From: Tubulanus polymorphus
Lineage: Eukaryota > Animalia > Nemertea
Direction of reading: 5' to 3'
Assembly: GCF_964204645.1 (NCBI RefSeq)
Contig: NC_134029.1
Location: 17,850,950-17,914,949 of the forward strand
DNA: 64,000 nucleotides
Positions 37,401-49,440 of this stretch are shown here, piece by piece (within the stretch, counting starts at the first letter, position 1; the number at the start of each line of letters is the position of its first letter). Both the position numbers and the translations under genes were made by a program. A model generated the notes under the pieces. The model was not told the origin of the DNA and did no database searches. It saw only the letters and a program-made list of their open reading frames with translations.

Positions 37401-40400
37401 TCGTTACTGTAGTCGTGGTGGTATTCTTGTCCTTTTGTGCGGCACTCGCAGCCACACCTGCGACTGCACCTGCCGCTGTGAGTACCCCGATACACATCGG
37501 TAACGGCAGAATAATAGGAACTCCGGCGAGCGAATCATTTTTCTTCACGGCGGTCGCAGTTGTGGTCGTTTTTGTGACTGTTCTTTTGATAACTTGAGGT
37601 CGGGGAGTGTGATCGGATTTAACCGTATCTGATGTTTTCGGGATAGCTGTATTCGGATTCGAATTATGAGAAAGTCGTGCACGGGAGATCTGCTCGTTTT
37701 GGCGATTTTCAAGGATTTCAAGATTGGTTTGTTTATTGTGGTTATATTCAATCATAGAAGCAGGTCTAGGTCGGACAGAAGGAGGGCGACATCGCTGGGT
37801 GCGTGGTGTTGATGCCGGGGAAGGTTTACTCCTTACATTTCCAATTTCTGGTGAGAAGTCGATTAGCGATGCCGATGGTGGAGGTGCCTACAATAAGAGC
37901 AATTCAAAATGAAAAAATTAACTAAAGATTGCACGGATAATCTTTTTAAAGATTCTTGCTCGTGATTGTTTTGCTAGTACTTACAGTGACTGATGACTTT
38001 TTAGCAGCGGGCACTGGAAGAGAAAAATATTCGAAGGTTTATTTCATAACACGGTGTGCCGCTTTCATTTTCAATATTTACATGAATACAGACCATATAA
38101 TATAGGCCAACCGTTCCATATATTTATCATCGTAATTTTATCAAAGGAAAGGAAAATATGCATCAAAATGCAGAAAATACAGCTACGATTTTCAAAATTG
38201 TAACTATTCCTTGCACTTTTGAATGCTTAGCATCTATGACAGTCACACAAGGATGTGATAGGTTTCGGTGGTATTGTGAGCAAATTTTTATCCTTTAACA
38301 ATACCTAAACTCGGTTCCTAATTTGGTAACTACCTAATAGGGTAAAAACAAATAAATACAAACTAGGCACAACTTTCTCATTGCCTATTTCTCGAAATTG
38401 AAGGAGTTGTAAGAGAGTTTTGGGAATTTCATTCATATCAAAGGAGTTTCAAGCACCATTAAAAAGTATTTTGAAGGAGTTCTTAAGGAATCAAGGAGTG
38501 CTAGGGACCCTATTATTTCTCCGCAAATACTAGCCACCCCTGAATTTATATTGGTTAAAGAAGCAGCTATGAAAGGTGCCTGGACATCAATAAGGGAATA
38601 TAAATTCTATAAAGTTTCCTCATTACACTGCGAAAAGAGAAATCTTTACCTGGTGGTTTTTTCGGGCGAATAATAGTTGGTTTTTTAGCATCAGTCTGTA
38701 CAGATTCGGGATAAAAAATAGACTCGGGTTTCGTTGGTTTAGCAATGACTTTTGGTGGCGGGTTTATAGGTGCTGTCTTCAGCGGTGCGCTGTCACTACG
38801 AAATCCTACTTCACTCATTGGCCGAGCATCAACTACGGTGATTTCGATTTTCCTGAAACATTCACCAAGAAAAAATTCCTTGCCGGAGTACGTAAAGGGA
38901 CAGAAAAACACATTTTTGCTTCTCATTCAGAAATGATAGATTTACCTTTTATCAGACGAACCAGGTTTGGAGGCTGGAATTGGTTTTGGAGCTTTGAACA
39001 ATGGATTGTCAATAGCACCTAATAACGAATAGAAACGAAAAAAAATATCGAGAACATGAGATTGTAAGCAAGACAAGTCCAGCTTGAACAGTAGAAATAA
39101 CATTACGGATCGAGTTGCATAGTTCTCAGCTAAAATTTGAACGTCGAAAATGAACTAAAATACTAAAACTTTTAACAAGAACTGTGGAAGAATAGTTTCA
39201 TTGTTGATAGTGGTATGTCAACTGGTGATCACAATCCATACACTTTCAAATACCCTGCGACTTCCTAGTAAAAGCAGAACTTTCCCGGCGTTCTGATGAA
39301 TGAACGGAAGTAAGGAAGACCCAAGTAGTAAGCAGAAAACCTTCCCACTTTCAGCTAAAAAATCTTCATAGGAATTGACCAGGAGTTGACCATATGAAAA
39401 AAGATTGTAAACATTGTTAAGTTCTAATGACAGGTATGGAGACCATAAATTACAATTCACAGGGAAAACAAGCGGACAAAATAAATACTATTTCTCTGCG
39501 TTTTATCAAATTTTCAGTGTTTCCCTGTTTTCCAGAATCGTGGTCACCCTGGTCTGGTACATCTTACTAGGACAGGATTTTGTAACGTGACAATCTTACA
39601 TGGAAATGGCGGAATAGCCGAAGACACTCGTAGGTGGTAAACAGATACACATGAAACTCATCACAAATCTTAATGTTTAAAAACGATATTCTTACATATC
39701 AAAGATTAGACACAGATCAGAAATTGTGTACAATGTTTTGGACTCTCACTAGAGACTACTGTCTGCCGAAATGCAGCGTCATCTTAGTTTTTGATCATCA
39801 ATAAGTATCGTTTTAAAATTTGAAATATGTATAGGAAAGCCTATTGGGTTTTATACACGATAATTGAACTTTTTATTCAGTTAAATTCTAAAAGTCACCA
39901 TGGATATAAAACAGTGTATAGGCCTGCCCGATGATGGCTGTATTCTGGTGGAATATTCATCATTAGGCTAATGGGAGGATTTAGATACAAGACCATTTCA
40001 AAACCTTATCCGAAGAATCAATTTTTCTAGCGATTACAGTGTGTCAATTGGCAACTCCATTAGTGGTTTTACACGATCCACCGCGGCACGAGTGTCTATT
40101 GTTAAGATGGATAGATGGGTTAAAGAACTAATTGGGCCTAGAAATAATCAGATAGCCTACAAGAATGCATTAACAATCAGTTAGTATGTGAAGATAACCT
40201 GTCACATTCAGTGGCGGATCAAGACTGTATTATTTTGCTATACTACCGTACTCTAACTCGAAATCAATATATTTGATATTTTCTGCTGCCTGATACAGCT
40301 ATGAATTCAACAAACATTTGCAACTGAATCCAAAAATTAGCAAAGGCTTAAACCCTCATAGAAATAACACTAATAATAATTCATCTTCTTATATAGGCTA

Positions 40401-43400
40401 GTGCACTCCTAAAAATTGTAATCAGTGCGCTCTACATCGGTACAAAATAAACTTGAGCTGATAAATAGTAATCGAAAACACTTGGAGAATAAATGTTAAG
40501 TTAAAACTTACAGGTAAGTAAGATTAATTGCGGTTATAAGTTTTCCTTAAAAAAAAGTATGTTTTCAAATTCATCTTAAAACATTGAACTGATGAACTTT
40601 TTGTAGTTGGTTCCACAAGACAGGTGTTATAGATTGAAATGCCAACTATTGTTGATTATTAGGCCTTACGCACCCGATGTTTAAGAAATGTGTATTAATG
40701 TACCAAATATGTATGACGTGTGAATTTCCAATTTCTTTGTATGAAGTTTTTTCTGGGACCCTCTAAATTTTGCATTAAGCCTCAGCTACTCGTCTTTTCG
40801 GGGGGATACGATGAGTGCCCTTTTCGAGATCTATTACCTGTGTCACTGGGAAATATATGAAGCTGGATAAACTGCTATCTTATTTCCACAGAAAGGGGTT
40901 TGAATAACTGTAAACTCACCATAAGTGCGAGGCTGTCCTGGTTTACTAGGAGGTGGAGGAGCTTTTCTGGTTGGTTTCGCATCTCCTGAAAATAATAGAC
41001 AGTTCTGACAATCATATCACAGACATTAAAATAATATGGCGAAATAAACTAATGCATAAGTAAGATAAAATCATAAAAAAAGCTCTCAAGTCGAAGGAAG
41101 ATGTTGGGTCCTGTCTATAGTGAACTGACATTAATCTCAGTGTAGAGTTAACAAATAACTAGGGGTCCAGGGACACCATGCCCACTTGGGAAGTGGTTTC
41201 CAATGCTCAACAATCTAGCAACTTCAATATTCAACGCCCCCTGGTGACCATATACAAAAACCAATGACCTTGACACTCACTACAATCATAGAACATGTCA
41301 GCAGCAGCTTTTACAATTGATTGTAATAACAATATATGCCTCGTTACCGATTTAATATGGAAATACTAAGTTATTCTACTATTAAATGCCCCCTGGTGAC
41401 CATATGCAAAACCCAATGACCTTGTAACTCACCACAATCATAGAACATGTCATTAACTACAACTTTACAAGTGATCATGGTAACAAAATATGCCTAGGTA
41501 CCAATCAAATAAGGAAGTTATTCTACTATTCAACGCCCCCTGGTGACCATATAGAAAATCTAATGTCCTGAAAACTCACCACAATCATAGACGATGTCAT
41601 GAGCTACAACTTTGCAATTGATTGTGGTAACAAAATATGCATAGGTACAAATATAATATAGAAATACTAAGTTATTGTATTATTCAATGCCCCCCTGGCG
41701 GCCATATACAAAAACCAATGACCTTGAAACTCACCAAAATCATAGAACACGTTATGAGCTACAACTTTCTAATTCATTGTTGTAACAAAATATGCTTAGG
41801 TATCAATATAATGTCGAAAAACTTTTTCCCACCTACGAATGAGTACTGATGACACCAAGATGGCCGCCAAATGCGTCATAATTGGCTGATGAAAAATACC
41901 AGTCTAAGGTATAAAACATCCCTTTCCAAAGAATACCCATCACAAATTGCAATGAGAAATGGCAAAAGAGTAGGAAGCTACATGACTAAATTGACATTTT
42001 TGGGCACTAAAAAGGTCATTGGACGGCCATCTTGAGTCCGATCGACCCAATACTTGATACGCTGATGGGCCCTTGGGGGATTCAAATATAAACGAAAGAT
42101 CAAGGTGATTGATCAAAGCGTCTTCAAAATTTCCATCAAAAAGTTCAAAAATGTGTAAAAAGTGCTGATTTTGGCGAACAACAATGGCTGCCAGTTGGCC
42201 ATCTTGATTGTGACAGGGCCAGCTTTTGGGCTGAAGATGTGTCTAGGGTAGATACATGTGCAACCCAAATATCAAGACATTACATCGAAGCGTCTTCAAA
42301 ACTTCGCAAAATAGGGCCTAACTGGATTCCGTCTAGGGACGGACGGACGAAAAGTGAACGCAATAGCCCGCTGGGACTTAAGTCCCAAGTGGGCTAAAAA
42401 CCCACAGTAGATATATAGAAAAGTTTATTATCTGACAGTTTCGGGGTTACTTCTAAACCTCATCATCAGAGAAACTAAAATGATGCAATAATGAATTAGG
42501 CTACAGCAATACAAAAATATAGTGGTCACTAAGGAAGGAGACCAGGAGCTAAGAAACAATCACTGAAAAGGATTATGTAGCAGATATGTACATACCATAT
42601 AATATGTATTTAGGTAAGAGTTGTTACGGGGGGGAGAAACCTGTATTAGAATTTTAAGAAAGAAAAAAAATATTTTGCTTATCATTTCCAAATCGATTTT
42701 TGTGCCAAATTCTCAAACTTAAGTCACAAACTTGCGTCAGTCATATTTTTCTTATGGTCCAAACGATTAGAAATGCTGTAAGTTGGAGACTAGGGCTTAA
42801 ACAAGTTGAGGTATGTGTGTAGGCCTCGACTTAGCAGTATTTATACATGTATAAGATAAGTCGATACATGGTACTTAAAGCTCTGTCTCCTTTGAGTTGC
42901 AGTTATCTGTATGTAAGTTTATTTTGAGCTGTGGAAAATTTTTCAGTCCCAAAACATCGGACTAAACCGTAGTTTACTGTATGATATATGCCTACAATAA
43001 ATCCGAATGGCTGTTTACAATAATGCCAATAATTGCTTGTTGCTATACTTTATGTCACTAGTATTCGTTTGTTTTAATACTAGGTATAATCAGAGGCAGA
43101 TAAGGATTTTGGATCTGGACAGTTTGCTGTGCATTTATTTCTCAACCCTCAGAAAATCCTAGGCCTACTCATCCACAGAATCTATGAACGGAGTGTTCAA
43201 ACAGTACATATGATTTTATGGGGGGTGGGTAATAAGAAATAGGCCTATGTACTAACTTTGTATTTCGGAGAAAAATGAAGGCCTACGTACTTTTCACTGT
43301 TTAAAACATGTAAGGTATTTTGTGGATGATGAATATCCTAAAACATGTAAAAAACTGTCTGATGCAAAAGTAAATGAATCACAGCATCCTACTTCCTATA

Positions 43401-44968
43401 TAATATCGAGTTGATAATAGTGTTGTTTCAGTATGTACCGATTATCATCAGTGAAACAAGTTACAGGATCGAACAAGGATAAGGGTTTACAGCTAAGTAG
43501 GCCGTATGTACCTATTTGAATGCTCCTTAACCCTTTCAGTGTGTCTAAACTGTGCAATGTGTAAATTTATTTTTTAACACACTCAACCCGCTAAGCGCCA
43601 CTTAGGACATTACGAGCGGTTCAACGTTTCTTTTTCCCAATGGGGGAGAGACCAGAGAAGAACCTTCGACCAAGAAACTCTGTCGCCACCAGGGTTTGAA
43701 CCCATAAACCCCGGCTTAACCCACTCGGCCACTGCGCCTCTCAAATCAGCATTGATGAACTTAGCTAGTGCAACGTGTCACGGTGGTGTGTTGATATTAG
43801 TCGTTAATAGTTTTTAGGTCTATCTCTATTGAAAGATGGCGGTACCGGTCAAATGTAGTGGAATATCAGTTACTAACGATACACCATGCTGTACTACCTG
43901 TTATTCAATACACTGAGATATACATCGAGATATAACTTTTCTCGATCTAGACTATTGAAAGCGTATTATTATCTGGCGTCTGAAGTGGGAAATGATAAAG
44001 AACGTCCTCAACCTAATGATTGCAATATTCACTCAGCTTAAGTGCAGCCCCACCACCTGCGGCTGCAAAGTATTTTATTCTTGCAAAGGTTCGACTGCAA
44101 ATAGGGCCTAATCTGTCATTATTACATTGGTAACTATTGTAACGGGGCACGAGCACTACTAAATGCTTTTCAAGACCAGCCACAGACTATGATACACTAG
44201 ACGCAACTTTTGAGCAGTTGACGTAAACATTGGTACCAGAAATCTTTCGAAAAGTCGATATATTTGAGAGTTTGTCTGCATACCAAACGATCTACTACGG
44301 GTTTTTCTCAGCTAGGTAGGCCTACTGTCCTACTAATCTACTTATTGGAGGGGCAACTACCTGCCTCTATTCTTTATATAGTCTACCCTAGTCAGTAACC
44401 GGTCTGTGGTTTAGTTTCACGATCGGATAATTTTCACAAACCACGCCCATGGATCATTCATTTATTTAGTACGCATAAAATGTGCATTTTTCAACCCCCC
44501 TCCCCCTCTACAGCTCTATAGGCCTATGCAATATCGACCATTTTTTCATATACATTAAGTATAACAGTACGCAATTGCACTGACCCCTCCCCCCTTCCCT
44601 AATGCGTACGAATGACCCCCGTCTGATTATAGAAGCTTACCACCAAAACCTGCCCTGCCCACGCCCCTCTGTGGTGGCGGCAACAACCAGCAGCAGAGCA
44701 GTTGGCTACTTAAAAAATGAAGAGGTGTGTCAATTAGCCTAGCTAGAGAGAATAAGTTTACAGAGGATTAAAGAGAGGGAGGATTGATAGGACTATTTCT
44801 TTTTCAAAATTTAGATCAATCTCATGACTTACTTATTAATAGTAGTACAGTAAGTCTAAGACTAAAAAAAGGAAGGTTTTAATCGTAGACATAATTACAC
44901 AAATCAAAAACAAATTGCCGAATATTACCTGCATATATTGGCTGCTCGTCAAACTTGTTCCACGACAT
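31433..44968 (-). CDS. SH3D19: SH3 domain-containing protein 19 / Eve-1-like adaptor (proline-rich N-terminus plus five SH3 domains)
   Basis: Phase-consistent exons: 44968-44929, 40985-40920, 39018-38946, 38852-38650, 38013-37985, 37887-37324, 36250-36039, 35750-35578, 35465-35290, 35199-35068, 34555-34148, 33687-33313, 32416-32230, 31852-31716, 31564-31433. SH3 signatures ALFDY/ALFDF/AQYEF/ALYDY/AIYDY...(D/E)W...G.(F/V)P..(F/Y)(V/I). Orthology is inferred from the five-SH3 architecture; the N-terminal exons are less certain. Confidence 0.8.
32982..33298. mobile_element. Intronic MITE
   Basis: TIRs AGCCTAGCGCACACAGCA ... TGCTGTGTGCACTCTAGGCT in a TTAA/TAA context. Confidence 0.55.
33949..34123. 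mobile_element. Tc1/mariner-pogo-type MITE in an SH3D19 intron
   Basis: TA|CAGTCAACCCCCGATATACCGCCC ... GGGCGGTATATCGGGGTTGACTG|TA. Confidence 0.75.
41157..42400 (-). mobile_element. HINE/DINE-1-like element, copy 2 (intronic)
   Basis: Colinear and highly similar to 28685-29953 over ~1.25 kb, including four internal repeats and both ends. Confidence 0.8.
42431..42472 (-). ncRNA. Candidate minimal hammerhead ribozyme (Penelope-like-element type)
   Basis: Minus strand TCT-CTGATGA-TGAGGTT-TAGAAGT-AACCCC-GAAA-CT-GTC-AGA, followed by AATAAA. Shows the conserved core, stem II, a 3-bp stem I and a vestigial stem III. Confidence 0.5.
43565..43738 (-). mobile_element. tRNA-derived SINE
   Basis: Minus strand GGCGCAGTGGCCGAGTGG (A box) ... 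GGTTCAAACCC (B box), a body shared with 19830-19943 and an A-rich tail. Confidence 0.75.
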
Positions 44969-45177
44969 GGTTCATGTAATAAAACCGCTTCATTAGACGC
45001 GTCTTCTTCACAGATTAATCAGATTTTCGATCGTTTTTTTTACTTCCTGGAACTGTGTTATGATTTTTGGCAGCCGGCTGCTGCTGCCGCCTACTAGCGG
45101 TACGGCGCATTAAAATAATTTTTAGGTTCGAGCCCTGCAATTTAATCAGTTCATAGATCCGGATTGTGTGGGGTTCG

Positions 45178-45512
45178 ACTATTTCACATGGCTCAGGATG
45201 ACCTTTTTATCAAGTACGCGATCTTTGAAAATGGCGGCTTTTTCAATCGGATTTAGGGTCTAGAGGTCCCAGGCGGTTAGGGTAAGGTGTAGAGTTTTAG
45301 GATTAGGCATTATAATAGGGTAGGTTAGGGTAAGGCTAAAAGTAGTAAGACAGGAGCGATTCCGGCAGTTCGGCTTTGTGGCTCAATTGGTAGAACATTA
45401 CGCTTGCACTCTTAAGATGTTTTTAAGGTCGAATCCCAATTTTCATTGTTCTTCTAATCTTTGTAATTTCCTAATTTTGATATAAAGGTCATCCTGAGCA
45501 TTGTGAAATAGT
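45178..45512. mobile_element. TIR element containing a degenerate tRNA-like segment
   Basis: TIRs ACTATTTCACATGGCTCAGGATGACCTTT / AAAGGTCATCCTGAGCATTGTGAAATAGT; internal TGGCTCAATTGG ... GGTCGAATCC (45379-45436). Confidence 0.65.
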
Positions 45513-46106
45513 ATGTATGCATATGGGTGTATGTATGTATGTATGTATATATGTGAATGTATAGGTCGACCAAAAATTATATTCGGATAAGATCAAAATC
45601 CCAATTCAACTGATCCGCATTATTCGGGTCTACTACCGCATTGGTGATTTCCCTACCATCCGAAAAAAAAACAAACATAACAAAACAAATCATTTTCTTC
45701 TTTGATTATTCGTTTTCATATATTAATTTATTATTCGTATTTAAAATAGAAATGTAGACTTTTTGCACATTTTTGTCACCGAGAACACGTGATGCCCGGG
45801 CGCGCTTCTTTTCATTTCGTATGAGATTACAAAAACCGGATCTATTCAAATCCCGGCCGCGGACGAAAAAAGTTTTTTAAACGGAATCCAATCGAAAATC
45901 CTTCCGAAAGTTTTAAAAAAACCACTTGTACGCCTGCGTGAACTTTAAGAGCAACGTCGGCGTCGTAAAATTTTTTCAGCAGCTACGTCGAATGCAGCGC
46001 AATATTCAGAATATCGATCGGACCGGAGGGATTCATGGACGAATATCCGTCAGGAGTGAAAAATACTTATACACCATGTATGGACTAAAAATACTTATAC
46101 ACCATG

Positions 46107-46109
<3 letters not shown>

Positions 46110-46172
<63 letters not shown>
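46110..46172. repeat. (TA)n microsatellite
   Basis: About 31 uninterrupted TA units. Confidence 0.97.
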
Positions 46173-46174
<2 letters not shown>

Positions 46175-46517
46175 TCTGAATAAATAATTAATTATACAAC
46201 CTATGTACACGCGTATCTTACTGACAAATCTACTTATCTCTACATACTCTTCTATACTGCTACTCAATCGAAATAAATGTACATGTATTTTTTTTCATAT
46301 AGCAATCGAGAAAGTACTGCACAAATATACACGTAGCGTACGGTACGATGAACGGGTATATGTATATAATCGTTATTATCATCATATTCGTGTAAGGTCA
46401 ATAACAACAACAAAAACAACAATAATAATAACAAACAACGAATGAATTTGTGTACACCAGTGCAGAGCTGTAAGCCATCATTGACGCTTTACTGTAGTTT
46501 GATTACCGGTATTGGTT

Positions 46518-46857
46518 CAGTAAACCTCCTCTAAGTCAGACATGGCCAACTCGGACTTTCGACTAACTCGCACAAAAAAGAAATGATTTTTCACAGTGGG
46601 ATCATTAATTTATTACGTACGCATAAAATTTGAATTTTTCAACCCCCCTCCCCCTCTGTACGCAGAATTGGCCAATTTTTCATATACATTAAGCATTACG
46701 GTACGCAATTGTACTGACCCCTCCCCCTCCCCTAATGCGTACGTAATAAATGAATGATCCCACTCCTAACGTATTTTCCTATCCTTAACTCGGGACTTCG
46801 CTTTCCCTAGACCAATTTTGCCAGTCCCAGTTTGTCCGAGTTAGGCGAGGTTTACTG
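46518..46857. mobile_element. Tc1/mariner-type MITE with a nested MITE (46595-46764; decayed second copy ~44451-44619)
   Basis: Outer ends CAGTAAACCTC...GAGGTTTACTG; inner ends AGTGGGATCATTAATTTATTACGTACGCA...TGCGTACGTAATAAATGAATGATCCCACT. Confidence 0.65.
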
Positions 46858-49440
46858 TAAAACGGAAACACTCTATGGTTTCAGAGATTTTGGAGACCTG
46901 AGGCCAGTTGCTTAGTCACGGCTTAGATAAAGACCAGTCTAAGACCAACTTAGTTCCGTAGCCAATGTAATAATTTAAGACCAAACTTAAGATTTAAGAC
47001 CAGTTTTGGACTTAAGCCACAACTGTGCAACCAGCCCCAGCTGGATAATTGAGCTATTTTCTTTATATATATTCAGACAATGTAATGCGAAAGAAAAGAC
47101 AACAGTTTTTCAGACGATGAGCTGCTGATGGCTTACTGGTAACTGGAAAAAATTCAGATACTTCAAAGATGGGCGGGACGCAAATATTTCAAATGTACCT
47201 GCTTTATAAATGAATAATACTGTTATGATCATTATTACACTATCGTCTTCGGTTGTTGAACAGTACTGCCTGTAGTTATTTCGAGACAAACATGATATCG
47301 GGCCTATATAATCTATAGAATCATGGAAAGGGCTATCAGAATAATATCATATCGCATCGTGTATGAGCCTTCAAAATTTTCTATCCATTATTTCCAAATG
47401 AAATGATAGCACGCGAGAGAATTATCACTGTAGCAATGATCTGTATATGCATATATTTTCCTAACACGGAAATTAATACATTGTTTGATTAACAAGTGTG
47501 GAATTCAGCATTTGTCAGATCTCTTAAAACATAATCCAAAATGGCCGGCATTATCGATGAGCAATGATATTTACAAAACTCTTTGAGATAGGGAATCAGC
47601 TATAAATCATAATCTCGAGTTGCAGAACCTCACAGAAAACATGGCCGTCCTAACAAATTCACGATGACATTGTAAACTTGCAACCTTTTGATGGATAGCG
47701 GAACTCAATGCGTACTTAATCAATTGAACCTGTGCATAGTGGAACTCAATGCGTACTTACCGGTAATCAATTGAACCTGAGCAATAAGCTATTGACTTAT
47801 GGCGCGTTATGTAGAACAGTTTTAACTTAAACCCTCCAGCTCTAAGTTAACTCAATTCGACAATGAATCAGGTAACAGGGGAATAGGAATAGGGGATTGC
47901 CACCAAACCCTTGCTCATTTACCTTTATTCTCTTCATGTCATTCAAGACTGAAAGCAGTTACAGCTATTAACATTCCTACGCCCCTGATGGGTTCAAGTT
48001 ATACTGGCCTATATACTGACAATAGCTGTCACAGTTAAAGCCATATATTGAGGTTACTCGTTTTAGATTGAGTCTATTCTAACCTGCATCATTAAGTAAA
48101 TGAATCCATCAGTTCAGCCATTCTATTCAAAGATTACTAAGTCTCAAACATGATTACAAAAATAAGATACTGATTCACCTTACAAGAAAAAGTAATAATA
48201 CACATATTGCAGTTACCAGAATAAAATATTCTTTTCAGCTTATAGGAAAGGACAGAATGAAATAACTAGATTTTGCTATATTTTTTCCTCTATACAGATT
48301 ACGATGAAATTAAGTAGAAGAATACACAGTATTTTTGGCACACAAATATTACCTTGGTATTTACAAACGCACTGTATAAATGATATAGTATCAAACAGCT
48401 GAAGCTTGTGGGTTAGATGGAAGCAGTTATTCATTTGGACTGGTATATATTTGCCTATGAAATACACGCAGCAATAATGACAGTGGTGAGATTGGTGCAT
48501 AGTGACGAGTTGTCATTTTTGCACTGTAAAAAATCTCGATTTTTCATTTTCTCACATCGAAAATTTTCGAGAAAATATGAATATTCTATAGCCAAAAACT
48601 GCAGCCTTGGCCCTTACAATGGCAAACAGTGCTTAGTCGCCATGGTTGACAAGAAGCAACGGCATCGTAGTCTATAAAATTTACTACGTCCCATAAGAAT
48701 AGGTTTCAATTGAATAGGAAAAAGATACATGCCCAAGTATCTTAAAAGATACATGCACATGTATACGTGCAAGACTGAAAGAATATTCTGCAGAAAAGCG
48801 AAATCGTTGTAAAATTTCACACATCCTCGAAAAGTATCACATTTTCTCGCCAATTTCACAGAAATTTCAACATAAAGAATTGTTCACGTTTTTCACATCA
48901 ATCTCACCCCTGTTAACGACAGCTCCAAACCAAATTTTCTTGACCATTGATTCATCTTCTTTTTTTTCTAATACACGTAGATAAAGCTCGGATAAAGCCC
49001 CATAAATTCAGCCGTATTCATCGAAACTTTTAGTTTCGCTTTCAGCTTGAAATTAGTATAATTTCATTCACTAATATTAATAATTAATAACCTACATATC
49101 ATTAAGTTTGAACCAGAATCGTATGATTTTTTCTCGAATGTGTAACGAGATCGGCAACAGTAGAAAAACTCGATCAAACGTTTTTTCACTTTCACATCGC
49201 TAGCTAACGATGGCACTTTGAACCGAAACTGTTTGAGATTGTAATTGACACAAGTCCTTTCCGTCGACAATCGACTGTCTTCTTTTGTAGTTGATACGAC
49301 AGCTTTTTTTGCACTTACAGCAAAGTGTGCGGCCAACTCGAAAGCTTCATTCTTCGTCGTCTCGTGCACGCTTGGTATGTACTAGCGATTACTAACTACG
49401 TTAACAATGACCTAGATAAATTGCTAAACCATGTCACGGT

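Noticed and set aside
45252-45335. Interstitial telomeric (TTAGGG)n
   Set aside because: Only scattered degenerate TTAGGG/TAAGG motifs within a transposon, not a tandem array.
45372-45440. Functional tRNA gene
   Set aside because: A/B-box-like motifs are present, but the acceptor and anticodon stems do not pair and it lies inside a TIR element.
47700-47779. ~40-bp direct duplication (GGAACTCAATGCGTACTTA...ATCAATTGAACCTG); also a 21-bp duplication at ~46060-46108
   Set aside because: Ordinary two-copy slippage duplications with no further structure.
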